Origin: Setoptus koraiensis
Taxonomy: Eukaryota > Animalia > Arthropoda
Reading direction: 5' to 3'
DNA length: 64,000 nt
NCBI GenBank assembly: GCA_048013815.1
Contig: CM106586.1
Coordinates: 18,910,001 to 18,974,000, forward strand
The translations under genes were made by a program, and so were the position numbers. The stretch's first letter is position 1, and each line of letters starts with the position of its first letter. This document shows, piece by piece, positions 14,458 through 29,204 of the stretch. The notes below the pieces were generated by a model. That model was not told the DNA's origin. It searched no databases and saw nothing but the letters and a program-made list of their open reading frames with translations.

Positions 14458-17400
14458 GGTCGCTCGCTAATAATAATGGCAATGCGAAATTAGTTGCATG
14501 TCCGGTCGCTTAGATTGCATCAGCGTTTTGATGAGATTTAATTGCAGCAAACACACACACACACACACACACAGTGAGCGCATCAACAGCGCAAACGGAA
14601 GTGACGCGCGCGTTTTATAGGCACGTGTTTCTCGTTTCGTTTGCTGGCGATGATTTGCAACTGTGCCGCTGCTGATATCGGCACAGATATCGTGCGCTCG
14701 ATGGACAATGTCATCGGAGTATTATCATTATTATTATTATAAAACGAGCGAGCTGAGCTTATCTGGAGCCGTCAATCTGACAGGAGGCAGCTCTCACGTT
14801 GCATGGGCTCACCGTTTGGCGACCGTTATAAGTGGACGTCACTTACATTATGCTGACTTTTGCCCGTTGATCGACTCCCTGACAAATTGATATGATCGCT
14901 GACATGGAAAGTAGAGAGTGGATATTGCATTGAACTGATGATAAACAGGCACAATCAACAGGTGACTGCGATTTAACAAAACGATAACAACACTCTATTT
15001 GATGTGCGTTTATCTGGTCGATTCATCTCGTCGCAGGGCTGTTGTGACTCACAAGTTGTGACATGAATTGTCGGGCTCATCTCGGCACACTGTGGCACGG
15101 TCAGTGGCCTCTCAATCGTTTGGCAAATGGTGCTGATTGTGACGAGACGACATTAATTGACATTGCTGCTTTGCGCACAAAACCTCAATAAAACCAATTG
15201 AAAATGTCGCTGACCTTTGCATTGTGCCCGTGCCGTTGGCATCAATTAATCAACGCAATCACTAATTGCTCGTCTCATAATTAATATTGGTCGCTCGCAT
15301 GCGCTTGCGACAAATCATTCAAATTGAGCCAACCTGTGCCAATCGTTTACTGCGCTGCGGACAGTAAACGATTGGCCTGAATGTGGCCAATAGTGGACAT
15401 GTCAATATTCAATTCAGCGCATTATCTATATTCATCTTCATTAATGGTGCTCGCTCTCGAACAAACCAAAACATATATTGATATTTAAATTGAATATAAT
15501 AAATCTCAACGGATGTACATGAGCACTGTCGACGACGATATAATATCGGCCATATCGCACACTCGCCATCGACGGCTCCATGACTTATCGACCATAAGTG
15601 AGCCCTCGATGAGTGTGTATGAGTTTGTCGACTGGCCCACTGGCTCGCGCTGGATGTGACGACATTGCGGCGGCATGTTGCTGGCCGAATCATAGCGACT
15701 CGCCACCGACCAACGGGCAGCCGAAGCCACCGAGCAGCGCCAAAGGTGTGCGAGCCGGCGCGTCACAATTTGGCCGATTTTGGCCGATTTTGGCGATCGA
15801 CTGTGTGACTTTTTTTGTCAGCAATCCGTTGCAGTGATCAGCGAATTGGAGCGGCCGCAATGCATCGATCGGAGACGCAATTAATTTGCTGTCGACGCTG
15901 ACAACAGCGAGCGACCGGCCACAAATGACAAACGACCAACAACAAATGGCAAACACGCGAACAACACAAGAACAAATTCAAATTTTGTCTCTGACTCATT
16001 ACGGAATTTAGTCTCATAATTTGCGAGGTGTCGCTGCCAATCAATGGGCAGCCCTCGACGAACGACCGCCCACCTCTAATGATAGGTGCTGCACACGAAT
16101 ATTGTAATCATCTTCTCATGTTTTGCTCGCAAGCTGCTTATTTGTATCACTGGCCTGTTTGTGTCACTTGAATGGGCCTGCATCGTCCGCTGGTGCGAAT
16201 CTGCGAACCTTCGAATCTGCGAATCTGCGAATTTTCGAATTTTCAAATTTTCGAATCTTCGAATTTGCGAATTTTCGGATCTGCGATTCGGCGATTCGGC
16301 GACTGGCCGAACCGGCCGCTCGACACCTAAGAGCGAAATGGGAAACGCCAATCTGAATGCGGTGTCGTTAACCTCGCGCCGCACTCAGACGCAAGCATTG
16401 TCGCATGAAACAATATGGTCACTCCGAAGCTATTGCGGGCTTCTCATTCAAATCGCACTTATGCCGCCTGTGCCGTCCGTCGCCGTCCGTCGGGCCGGCA
16501 GCGGCGGCGGCCCGCACAATAGCGGTCGCCGGCGCTTGAATAAATCAAATCGCACAAATCGGTTGATGCCGGCCCATTGGAGCGCACACACTCAGACTTG
16601 TCCAAATGGGCGCAGGGTCGCACTGCGACATTCGAAGCCGCCAGGTGAGTTCGAAACAGCACAGGTAGCCGGCGGGTTGTGCGGCAGATTCGGGCCGCTG
16701 TCATGCGAGCCGACCAGTGGAAGCTGCCACAAACCAATGGAACCAATGGAACCAATGGAAATTCTCACACACTGACAACGACGGGCAGCGACTTTGTTTG
16801 TCGCCACCCGCCAACTTGCGCCCGCCAGCGGCATGCAATTTGTTTGTTGCGTCACAAATTTAAATTGTTAATGTGTTGTCGATGTCGTCGCTGCTGTCGC
16901 TGCTGCCGATGTCGCTGTTGTCGATGTCGCGGTTGCCGCTGTTGTCGGCGCTGCCGCCGAGGCAACTCTTTTGAGTGAACTCGCTCGCTGCGCCGGCCGC
17001 TCGCACGAATGACCAATCGCCAATTGCCGGCCAACCAATGACCAATCGGCGAGCAGTGGCCGAGCAATTGGAGCGAGGTGGCCGCCAATTGGTTCACACA
17101 ATTACGTTAGCGTCTATGTTAATTTGCCAGTTGAGCGACAATTTATCGGCAAACTCGCTCAGTCATGATTGCCACTCACTTTGCCGGCCACTCTGGCCAG
17201 CTGACCACAGGCGCACAGGTGAGCATGCTAAGGCGCTTGTAAGTGGCCATGAATAAATCACACGCAAATGGCGCCAAATTGGCCAAATCGCCTTGGCGAA
17301 GTGAAGTTGCGTAAGTGAATTGCGAGCTTGTTGTGACTGGTGAGTAGTGTGGCAAGCGCCCTCTTGTGAACGCTCGCTGCACCATTGGCGACAACGGTGG

Positions 17401-18811
17401 CCTATCTGTCAGAGATAATCTGCGTTACGTAACCACTGCAACAACACATTGCAATGATACATTGTGCAAAATGATAATTTGCCGTCTCGGACGAGCCCGA
17501 CACACCGACGGGACGAGCGGCCAAAAGTCGCCCCGCTGTCCGCGCCTTCTGACCATACAAAACCTGCGACTGGATGAAACGTTTCGCGTCGGATTGAATC
17601 CGCACCGGACCGATCTCGCACTGGATTCACTTCGCGCTGAATTGATCTCGCACTGGACGATCTCGGATCGGTCGAAGCGGCCGGGGCACCGGCGGTGTAC
17701 CCGGCAGGGTATGCGCATGCATTGCCCGCTTGTGCGCTCTATGAGGGTCCATTGATATTTGTGCAAAATGTGTTCTCATTAGCACAAGCGCTCATTGGAT
17801 CTGGTGGGCCAACCGGGGAGGCGAGTTTGCACACGCCAGAGCGATTGAGGGATTGGAAAATTGATCATTTCGAGGGGAATGGCTCTGGCAACTGTTGTGG
17901 CCGCTTTGAATACGACCGGAGCGGCCGCTGTCGACTTTTTCGGCCGCCAGGCCGGCCATCAACAATTAATCCCTTGTGCCTTGCGCTGCCAGCCCGGCGC
18001 ACAATCCAGTGCGAACGCCGACGATCAGCACGACGAGCGTCTCGAGATTCGAGATTCAAAATTCGAACGATTCGAAACGATTCGAACGATTCGAAACGAT
18101 CCCCTCCGACCATTCGTTGGCTGCCAATTGCGAGTGCGCTGTGTCAGGTGTTGCAACGCTCAGGTGTCGGACGGCGCGCATCGGGCAAAAGGAGCCCGCA
18201 TCATTTGAATTTAAAATATTTATCTTGGTATATGTTTGTGTGATCTCGTTCACATCTTCGCTCACAATGCTCAATTGTCGGATTCTCGATTGTCGGATTC
18301 TCGATTGTCGGACTCTCGATCGTCGGACTCTCGCTTGTCGGACTGCCAATTGTTGGCTTGTATTCGCACATTGTCAGTCACACAAGAGATGTGATAGTGA
18401 GCCGCCTGTGATACTAGCATCATGCGAGCGTAACAGCCAATTCTGGAGCTGGCCTCAGATTCTGTGAGCCAGAATTGGCTGGCGAGAACGGGCGGCGGCG
18501 GCGAGAACGGGCGGCGGCGGCGAGAACGCGATTGATAATTCTTGTTGCGCGCCGTCATTCAAATGATTATGATCAATGACGCACCAACATGGACCCATGG
18601 TCATTCATCAAAACGTCAGGCATGCAAGCCGGCGTTTGCATGATAATTCATTTGCATGATTTGCATATTGATTAGACGAACATTGGTTGTTATTACAGCC
18701 AATTCTCGCCGTTTTGTGTGATGCCAACGACGGCGCGCTTCATTCTCGGCACCGTGTCAGACAACATTATACATATCATGCCCTGTGAAGTTGTCGGTGT
18801 CGGTCACTGCA

Positions 18812-18980
18812 TAATGATAATTTCAATAATTGTAACAATTGCAACAATTGCAATAATTCTAATAATTGTGATAATTGTGATAATTGTGATAGTTGTGATA
18901 GTTGCGATAGTTGCGATAGTTGCGATAGTTGCGATAGTTGCGATAGTTGCGATAGTTGCGATAGTTGCGATAGCTGTAAC
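18812..18980. repeat. 9-bp tandem array (core TTGCGATAG) x~18
   Basis: About eight perfect TTGCGATAG units at roughly 18902-18973, preceded by progressively diverged units. Confidence 0.9.
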
Positions 18981-21900
18981 AATGGTTGTTAATTTTAATA
19001 ATTTGATAAAATTTCAATAATTGCATAATAATCACACTGATTAGTCGCATTGATCATTTTCCGCCCACATGATGGCAATTGGCGGCGATTGCCGATGCCA
19101 TGATTGATCACTGGCCAGCTAGCTGCTCATGAGCCGCTCACTCGCGCTGCGCTGCTCATGTGCGTCTAATGAGTAAAAACTTTTCACAACTCAAAAGTCA
19201 ACAGCAACTATCAATGTCAGCTGTTCGCTGTCAAGCAACAGCTGACATGAGTTGATAGTTGATTTTTGACACAGTCGACAGCTCGACAGGCTCGCCTACC
19301 TGGCGCTTCCATCAGCTGTGCGTGTCCTATAGCATGTCATCATCGTCATCAGCATCATCATCATCGTCACCGTCACCTTGTGCCCTGCATTACATAATAT
19401 ATATATATATAATATAGATGGCAAGATGTTGTTGTTGTGATCAGTTATAGGGCACACTGGTATTGCATCATCGCTTGTTGTTGACTTTTCGCTGACACAT
19501 GTGCCAGCGCATTCAACATACAACTGGTTAACAAGTGGCACTAATTCGCCACTTGTTAAGTCAACCAATTCTGATCTGACTCACAACTCTGTCAGTTGGC
19601 TTGCGATTGTGACAAACCGAGGACGCATTCGAACAACAGCTCGAACAACAGCAACAACAACGGCAACAACAGCAACAGCAGCGACAACAGCAACAACAAC
19701 AACAGCGACAACGACGTCTGATATTAATTATATGGACTAGTCAGATGAGATAGTCGATATGGCTTATAAAGCTCTCTCACAGCTTGTTATCCGTGTGTGT
19801 TTACAGGTAGCAAATTAATCACCTGATGAATTGTCGCCTTGGCTTGTGTGTTGCGTCTGGGCAGCATTAGAATTGATTTGATTCATCTGAGTTTTGTCGA
19901 TACCGTGCGACGAGTCCCATAAGCGACCAATTGCGACACAAATAACAAAGAGAGACGGAGCTTAATTAGATACAGAACAGTGGCAATTTGACAGTGAAAA
20001 AAGCCACTAAACAGTGTCTAGGTGAATAGTTTCGGTAGCGACACCTTTTTATTATTGAGTTTATTATTGAGTTTATTACTGAGTGTGTGTGTTGATGTTG
20101 ATGTGATCAATAATGAGATAGACACCATTATTATTATTTTGTGTGTGCGCTCTGAAATCATTCAAGTAAGAATTTTATTTTACTTTATTTTATTTTATTT
20201 TATCTTTTGCCCGACTGTTGCCACTAAATGTCGTCGTTTTATTGTTATTGTTCGCAGCCACAACAACAACACAATTGCTGCTGTTGCCGACACAACAACA
20301 TTGGGCTGGCAATTGGTGTCTTAGTGTAGCCGAGTTGCTATGAAATTCCAAGTGAAATTGTTTGGCCAATGCGAATGCATTGATTGCGAACTGATTCGAT
20401 TCCAGTTGGCCACTGTTAGCTGCTCTCGTCTCTCTGTCTCTGTCTGATAATTGGCCGCCGATAACGCCGACAACGCCGACAACGCCGACAACGCCGACAA
20501 CGCGGATAGAGAGCAGCAACATTTGCGGTCTTGCCAATTGGATCAGCGCTATTAATCATTGCGTCTCTTAGTTGCGAGTAGCTGCTGGCTAGAGGACTGG
20601 CGTTTGCTGCAAACGTAAGAATAGGGCTAATGCGCTCGCATCGGCCCTATCGGCCAGCGTCGGTAATGAAAGAAGCGCAATTAATTAGCTGATTGGGGCG
20701 AGCCAGTGGCGATAAATTAGCCTGTAGCATCACGATTAGCCAAGTGGAACCAGCGGCTGTTGCTCGTTAGTTGTTGTCACTGTTGTTAGTGTCCATTGTT
20801 CGGCCACTACTAGTGACCAGCGCTGGACAGGGCACATTTGCGCTTCATTTGATTTCTTTTTTGACTAGCTCTCTCTCTCGGCGAGCTAGAGAAGCACTTG
20901 TTATTTCATTACTCAAGCGACTCTATATCGTCGTACATGTGTCGTCCTCTTATATCTGGTCGTGTGTGCGACCATCAATCGATGATGACGTTATTACGTC
21001 ATTCTCGTTGGTATGTCACTATAAACAAACCACATCACCAATCAAATAGAGCTCTATTTGCTGTCGAAATGGCGCAAGTTGCAAGCTGCGAGCTGCGAGC
21101 GGCCATAAGCTGACTGGGCCAGCATTGAATAGCATTGAATTGTTGTTGTTGAATTGTTCAGTCAGCCAGTGAGCATGATGATTACGTTAATTACGTCATT
21201 ATTGGCTGCCATTGTCATGGCATAAAGACAGTGTGTCGAGCAAATTTACGGAGCACATCATAATGGTCGTCGTCGTCAATAAATAGATGAAAACCGCCAC
21301 AAGTCCATACTTGCGACACTGGCTTCTCTGGCGCACTTTTCTCACCGCCTTGCCGATGCTGCCGGTCATCGGATCGCCGTAGTCGGCCAACAATTTGTAT
21401 CGACAAACAAGCAAACAACTAATCCAATGGCCCATTGAACGGCCAACACACACACACACACACACAAATAACTAAAATAACACAAATAATGGGATCACAT
21501 CTCGGCCGAAAACACAAAATCAGATCAAATCAAATGACCAATTACTGACGGTCATTATGGCCAATCAATTACATAATATAATAATATCTGCCTGCTCCAA
21601 TGGTCGCCGCTCGCCACTCGCTCCACTACTCTAAATACACAATGCGCAACCAATAATAAGACAATTGCAACAATAATCAAAGTCAGTCAAATATATGATG
21701 TACACTAATGAACATTGCCTATGTATCTATCTATCTATATACGCCATGCCATGTTTTATGCAGCTCACCCAAGCCAAACGCCACCATCCGCAGCGCCATC
21801 TAGCCGAGCGACCCCAATACAAATGTGGTGACCATGTTTACTGTGTCACATTTAACTTGTGTTATTTATCTCCACTGCACTCGCTCTAGGCCGAAATGGG

Positions 21901-22520
21901 GGGCCCCAATGGAGATAATTCACTCAACAATTATCTCCATTGTAAGCCCACACAAATAAGCACTCAGTTGAAAATATTCGCATGTATGATTCGCATGCAA
22001 TGCGTCAACAAACGGTCTGGTGTTGGGGGGCCAAATTGGAGCGCCGTCTGACGACGGCACCAGCAAGCTGCTGGGGTGATGTGCAACGCAAATTGCAGGC
22101 GCAACCTGGCGACAAGTGCATACGTTCCCCCGTCCATCCAATGAGCCCTGATTTGATGACCGGAAGTGGGTGCCTTGTGGACTTTGGGAGAGTGTGTTTG
22201 TGCGTGAGTGTCTGAGAGTCGATTGTGTGTTGATTGTTGAAGGGATTGAAACGCGTGCTAATTGAGTGTCACGGTCTATTTATCACAGTGATATTATGCA
22301 CTAGACACAATGTGTATAGCCTGAGTGATGCATGAAATTAATGGAACGGACACACAAACAAACTGACAACAACAATTGGGTGAAAATTGCCAAGCGATGA
22401 CCAGGCGATAATGCCTGCATGATGATGATGACGCAATGACGCAATGACGCAATGACGCAATGACGCAAAGATGCAGTTGCAGTGATGCAACCCCATGCTA
22501 TGACGCAACCGACCGCTGAT

Positions 22521-22610
22521 GACGATGACGAGGCCAGTGACGATGGTGAGGCCAGTGACGATGGTGAGGCCAGCGACGATGGTGAGGCCAGTGACGATGG
22601 TGAGGCCAGT
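22521..22610. repeat. 18-bp tandem array GACGATGGTGAGGCCAGT x5
   Basis: Units start at 22521, 22539, 22557, 22575 and 22593. Confidence 0.9.
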
Positions 22611-25600
22611 GCGACCATGTGAAACATATCGAGTGCCCATTTAACTACCTGTGCGAGAGCACTTATTTGTGTGGCACTACTACTTAATGATGTTGTTTGT
22701 TGACGTTGTTGCCATTACGACTGTTTGATTTAGCGGCGCCGTTCAACTATTTATAACCTATTTATAAATAGAGTCCATGATAAATAATGGCGATTTGATA
22801 AATAATAATGGCCAGCCAACGGCACCAGACAGCGGACGGCGGACGGCGTAAACAGATCGCATTTACAAATCGCCTCATGACAGCGCCCATGACGATGACG
22901 TGCCGCGCGATTGTCGTGTCCACAACAAACAACAATTATTACGTACATATAACTTTGTGAGTGAGTGATGACAACAATCACCAATGACAAATTCCAATCC
23001 AATGCCATTACATCATCAACAAACAAAGCAACACACACTGGACACGCTAATAATTTAGTCTGGCTACCTGGTTAATGTTGTCGTTGTTGTCGTTGCTGTC
23101 GTCGCTGTTGTTGTTGTTGGCGAGTGTCTGAGAGTGGAAAGTGTTTGAATGAAAACGAGTTATTCGCATGTGCATCTCTACATCAAATACCGTTACAATT
23201 AAACTGTTACTGGCCGCGTTCATGCTGCACTGGCCACCATCGGCAGCTCTCAATGATGCAACGGTGCATTGATTGCGTTATAAGGGCGCTTCTGAGAAAC
23301 AGTTATACAACAAGCATGCAGTTGCATAACACTTTTCACTCTCGCTGGCTCGCTCGTGCTGCCACAATTGTCACCCGTGCAATTGTATTATGCAACACAC
23401 TATTATTGATATGAATAACGCAACACTGCTGCCGCTGGTCATTATAGGATGTAGTCAGCTCTCGCTGCTGCCAATAATATCGTGCCCATCAAATTGAATC
23501 GCCGACAAATCAAACTGTCTCTCCTAAATAGTTACACAATAGTTGTAACTATTACAACACACACACGACAATAATAATGACTCGCGCAGTAGCGTGTTAC
23601 GTAATTACGCGCGACTTGTGCGCGCGTGCCATTATAATTACCCCATCCAAAATCACGCCATTCCGCCGACTCGTGTCACGGCAACAAACTGCAAACTGCA
23701 AACTGCAATTGCACTGTCTGTTTGGTATTGAATTTCTTGCCAGTTGCCGGTTGCCAGTTGTTTCCACAGTTAATTTCCAGTTATGTCTGACCGGCGAGCA
23801 CAGCGCCACCAATTGGGCGCCATTCATCATTTGCCTAGCCACAGTCAACATTGTTGTTGCCGGTTGTGGTGGCCCCGCCACCAGGTGGCAACAGACGATT
23901 GCAGTTGGCGCCCACACACAAGCAAGCCGGCCCCAAATTTGGGGCCGGCCGCACATAACGCGATCTATGTGGCATGCGAGAGACTCTATCGGCGAGAGGG
24001 CGCACAACAATGGTAAATTGTAGACGCTAGATGGATATTAATGAAATCCAGGTTCAATCAGCACCTATTTCGGCCACTTGCAAGTGCCTGGCCGCTGGTT
24101 GTGGGCCCACAGAAGCGGACAAGGGGGCGCAATCTGCTTGTGGGCCCCATTGAGCTGGTCCCAATTTGGGTTGCCAAAACAACTTGCACAATTTAGATTA
24201 ACAGCGCCCATTGTTTCTCGGGCGCTTATCGCCAGAAGAATTATCGCCAAAATTATCGCCGAAATCATCGCCGAAATCATCGCCGAAATTATCGCCAAAA
24301 TCATGTACAAACCTTTGCAACAAGCTCCGTTAGTTATAAATTGCTGAATAGCAACAGTGCGACAATTTATGGGCTTGTTGTCAGTGTGGTGATCGGTGGT
24401 TGCACTTGCAGCGCTTGTGCAAACACCAAGTACCAAGTTACATAATGGCTGCTGCGTCCGGCCGGCACCATGATTATGTAACTTCGTATCATGTGTGGGG
24501 CGGTATTGGGGGCCGATATGTCGACATGGATGAAAGCAAATATATAAATGAACGAGCCATATATAGAGCCTCATGCACCTGTACAAGCAACCTGTACCTT
24601 AGCAAGGGGCCACTTGAGGCGAAATGTCGCTAGAGGTGCCTCGAGCGACATTGCACACGAGACACTCACTGTATGAATGAGTCTAGAATAAATAATACCG
24701 CTGGGGCCGGCTTATTGATTAGAATTAATTAAGCGGCGTCGTGTAGCGGGCAGATTATTTATTATTTATTTTTTGCTTGGCATCGTCAATCATTTGGTGC
24801 GTTACTTGCACCAAACGAGGCACCCAGTTACGAACTGATTTAGTCATAGCGTCATCTGACAGTCTGTGCAGTGTCACCGCGTGCAACCGATCGGCCAGAC
24901 TAACTCACCTGAGAGAGTGTCACCTGGCGCCCATCATTACGTTGCGAGTGGTGTTTAAATTACACAATGGCCGGTGTGTGTGTGTGTGCGTGTGCGTGTC
25001 ACGACTTGTGGCACGTTGCTTGGGTGCAACTGGCGATGCCACGAGTCAGCTCGTGGCGCCGCCAGTTGACCGGTGGCCAGTTGCATAAATGCTAGCTCAA
25101 ATCGTGGGCCCCATCAAAGGCTAATTTGGACGCAATCAATCATTGTCGGCAGTGCAACCTTGCAAATGCATTGTCTCATTGTCTCGCCACTGGTGCCACT
25201 GACCACCAAAACCCAACACCCGTCATGAGGCGATATGCTAATGGCGCCTGGTGCATTGGGGCAAGTGGTCAAGCGGTCGCTGCATATCTGGCGTCTTAAT
25301 CGTTTTCGGCCCGGCGCCGCTCAATCACCATGAGTATAATGATATCTATATATCTACATATATTACACAAACACTGGACAGCAAGCATGTGCGCGGCGAC
25401 GTCTAGCGAGATGGGAATGATTTACAATTGATTGATCTCTCTGGTTTGTAATCCCGCTCGTGGCTATATACTCAAATAGGCACAAAATCCGCGTACAGAA
25501 TCCACCTCGAACACACCACGCATTTTGCACAACGGTTTGCCAGCGAGCCAGTGAAACAACGGGCACCCATTATGCAACAATTCATCGTTCATCTATTCAT

Positions 25601-28600
25601 TGGGTGCTGCACGAATTGTAATTTGGGCCAACTTGACCGAAATTGAGCCGCCGTTTCGGGCCCCAATTCGCTGCCGGCCCCATGAGTGGCCAATGAGAGA
25701 AGTGGCCAAGGACGGCAAGTGATTTTGGTGACTCGAGTCAAGTGGCGCCAGCCACGGGCGATGATATTATTAATATATAAATATATATCTCTTTGTTGAT
25801 GATGATATAATCTTGTTAGTTTTGATGCCGCTCGCAGCATTTGCGCGCGCGTGTGACCATGCCATAATAACCATTGGCACCTCCGTCTCCCCGCTTCTCA
25901 ACTGCTTCAACCGACCATAAGCAACCGACCGGCAGGCCTGGCATTTACCGCGCTGCACTGTATGTGTACAGTGGTCAGCAATGGGGCCAATGGGGCCAAT
26001 CACGGCCCCAGATTAAGTCTCATTCCCTTTGCAAATGTAATCAGTTTCATCGTGATTGGATAAGCGATCGGCATGATTATTTCAATGGGCACCTCGGCGC
26101 GTTCGCAAGCCACGCACACAAAGAGAATGTGTGTTTATCCCCGACGAAACGAAACGAAACGAAGAGAGACGAAATGAGACGAAATGAGACGAAACTAAAC
26201 TAAACTGCACGCCAAAGTAGAGCGGATATTTGGCAGTTTTGTAGCAGCCTTAGGGGCGCCCATTAAACATCGATTGGACGCAGCGTCGCGGCCAGAAAAG
26301 AGGGCCCTGTCCTCTGGCGCTGTGTGTTAATCATTCTTTCATTTCCATCGGATCTGCTTGCTTGGCTTTGTCGTGAGTTTGTCTGGTATGGGCCCCGCTT
26401 CTGTGCTGGCCACTGGTGTTTGGTGTGCCTGTGAAACTGATTTACAATTTCTATTAGAATTGAGCGCCAACAAACGGTGCACACGAACGAGGAATAACAA
26501 TAATAATTTTATTATTATTCCTTATTACTGCTGGCCACTGGGGCTACTGGCCGCAGCCAACGACAACAGCAACAACAATATCTTATAAATCTGAGAAAAG
26601 GAGATTGAGTTGTGGAGAATATCTCCTCTGGCGCGTAAGTAAACTGTAATTATTCTCTCTTCATAAACTCGCTCTTTCGCCTTGGTTTATCTCGGACACT
26701 GGCTCCGGCCAACTAATGGAAAGCTGCGCGTCGGCAGCGGGGCCCCAAAATGAGTTTGCCAAAATCAAAAGAGGAGGCGCGCGCGCTTAGTAATCAATTC
26801 AAATTTCATCTCTGACAAACCTCCTCCTTCTCATCCATAACTCCTCGTCTATATTTGGTCGTAGCGCAAGCCAATTGTAGCCAATGGCCAGTGGCCATTG
26901 GATAGTGTCGCCAAATGTTGCCATTTTGCTAACCTAATGCGAGCGCGTCTTGAATATAAATCAGTTGCGCGCTTGTTTATCTCTAATGCCGCAAATATAT
27001 AAATATACAAACTGAATATATCTATATTTATTTGATTCAATTTGATATAACGCTCTCTCGTGTTGTATCGCCATCACCGACACTATCGAGCGCCGTTGAG
27101 TGATACACGATTGGCTAAGGTGAGCCACATCTCACGAGTGGCCAATAGAGCCAATAATAAAATGGCCCCAACTGCAAGATATTTCGCTTATCTGGCTCTA
27201 TTTGATTTAATGCTTCGCACTGAGCGCGGCCCGTTGATTATTCATTGATCGCTAGCGATGCCATTGATAGGCATGAGCCTGCTTGTAATTGGCTTGCCGT
27301 TAAACATCGCCCAACGAGCATTGGGCCCAAACCAAATATGGGCCAACTAAATGGGCGCGTGAGGTGAGAGCGTGCTCTTTGCATCGCTGTTACATAACTG
27401 ACCGACACTGACATCGATGGCCGGTTGCGTAAACAAAGTGCGTCACTCTTACTTGCGCCCTCAACTAACGGCTCGCTCAACGGCGTCAGTTGGGGCCAGT
27501 TGGGGCCAGTTGGGGCTGCTCGTTGATGTGCCCTGTTGTGAGAGATGCAATCATCAATCAGAGAATCGAAGGGCCCATTCTGAAATTTAGTTGACTCTCT
27601 TATCTCGACTTGAGTAACCATTGCACAACATGACACCATCTGACATACGACAACATTTTCACGATGTTGTACTGGCACACTCCAAAACATCAGCATCACT
27701 CTTTATTTTTACATTTTAAACGAAATATTTCTTTTTTAGCCAACACAAATTTAGCTCCCGTTCGCTTCAAAATCTGGCCTCTTTCATGGGAGCGGCGCCA
27801 CTCGCTGGCATGGAAAAAGCCAATTCACTCTCTCTGATATTGATAGCGATTCGGCCCCACTAATGTACACTAATAAGCAGTAGTATAATAGCTGTGTGTA
27901 CATTGTGTGTACCTTCGTTTCATCATTTGATTGCTACTTCATGTCACACATTAATCTAGATTTGGACCCCTGTATCTGGCTCACTCTCGCCCGCTTGCCA
28001 GGCAGGCGTCTATTGGCGTCAAAATTGCTGATGGTGTGATCTGGTTCGGTTTCATTTTACTCACTCGAATAACGAGCAACGACTAAGTAAAATGGAAGTG
28101 ACCAGTCCAATGGGACTGGTCAGCACATATAGCACAAAAGCATCTCTCTGCAGCGTGATACCAGGTGAGACACAAACAAAACAAGTGCAAGTCTGTAAAC
28201 AATCCCACCAAGTAGAAAAGCCAAGAAATACACACACACTATATAAATTGCGTAATAATACCGCGGCCATCTATAATGTGCAAAAACATTAGATAACACT
28301 CACACAAACAAACGCTTGGCATCGTAGGCCAAGCTAGTAAAATAGTGTGAGTTTGTAATAATAATGACGGCCAGCCCAGCGAAACTTAGCGAGCCAAGCC
28401 GTTTATTAAGAGGACCAGGCAAGAGGACAAAACGGCGATAGAGCTTGTAACAAATGCAATGCTAATAGAGACACTAGAGTAGTTGCTCATTCATCTATAA
28501 TTGGATGTAGAGGTAAAGAGAGCAGTCCGCACACTGATGGCCGAGGATTACCTCATCTATAAAGACACGAAGCTTAGTAGCGGGCTGCCTGGTACAGTTG

Positions 28601-29204
28601 GGTTTGATAAAGAGCCTAATCAAGGCAGACATAGAGGTGATTAATCTGTTCAATTTTGAGCCCGTGCCCGCACCTCTGCCTTCACTAGCTGGATAAAAAG
28701 ACATTTATATAGATAAACAACACATTAACTTATCATTGCGTCCTGACTACTCACTATTAGCTCGAATGTGATATGAGATTGGACGAGATGAGATGAGCCG
28801 AGCTGAGCTGGGATGAGGTGAGGTGAGAGAAGGCCAGAAGTTGAGAAAAGGATCATAGATGATTAGTAGCTAAAGTTCAATTAGAAGTTGGAAACTAATT
28901 CGGCTTCCACACCCGAAAGCGAGGACGACCCCGATGATGCAATGCGATAGTAGCTCACATATAACATTTTCTATTAGTGTACTGTATTATATTGGGGCTG
29001 TTGTCTAGATTCACAACAGTGGTGGTGGTGCTGGTGGCGGAGATGGCGGCAAGGCCCCTTGAGGCAGAAAAAGAGCTAGATAAAATTGGTCTTTATTTAA
29101 TCATCGGCGACATTTAATAATCTCATCTAGTTTGCTCGCCATGGAGAGATCCCCGCCAGCGAGGACGGAATTGATGGTAAGGGTGGGCTGAGAAGTGGCT
29201 TGTG

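Noticed and set aside
2-28292. The many 60-230-aa ORFs in the left flank (e.g. 38-385 poly-Leu, 18718-19020 VAI repeats, 16086-16775)
   Set aside because: They are translations of microsatellites and tandem arrays, are often open in several frames and on both strands at once, and contain no recognisable domain.
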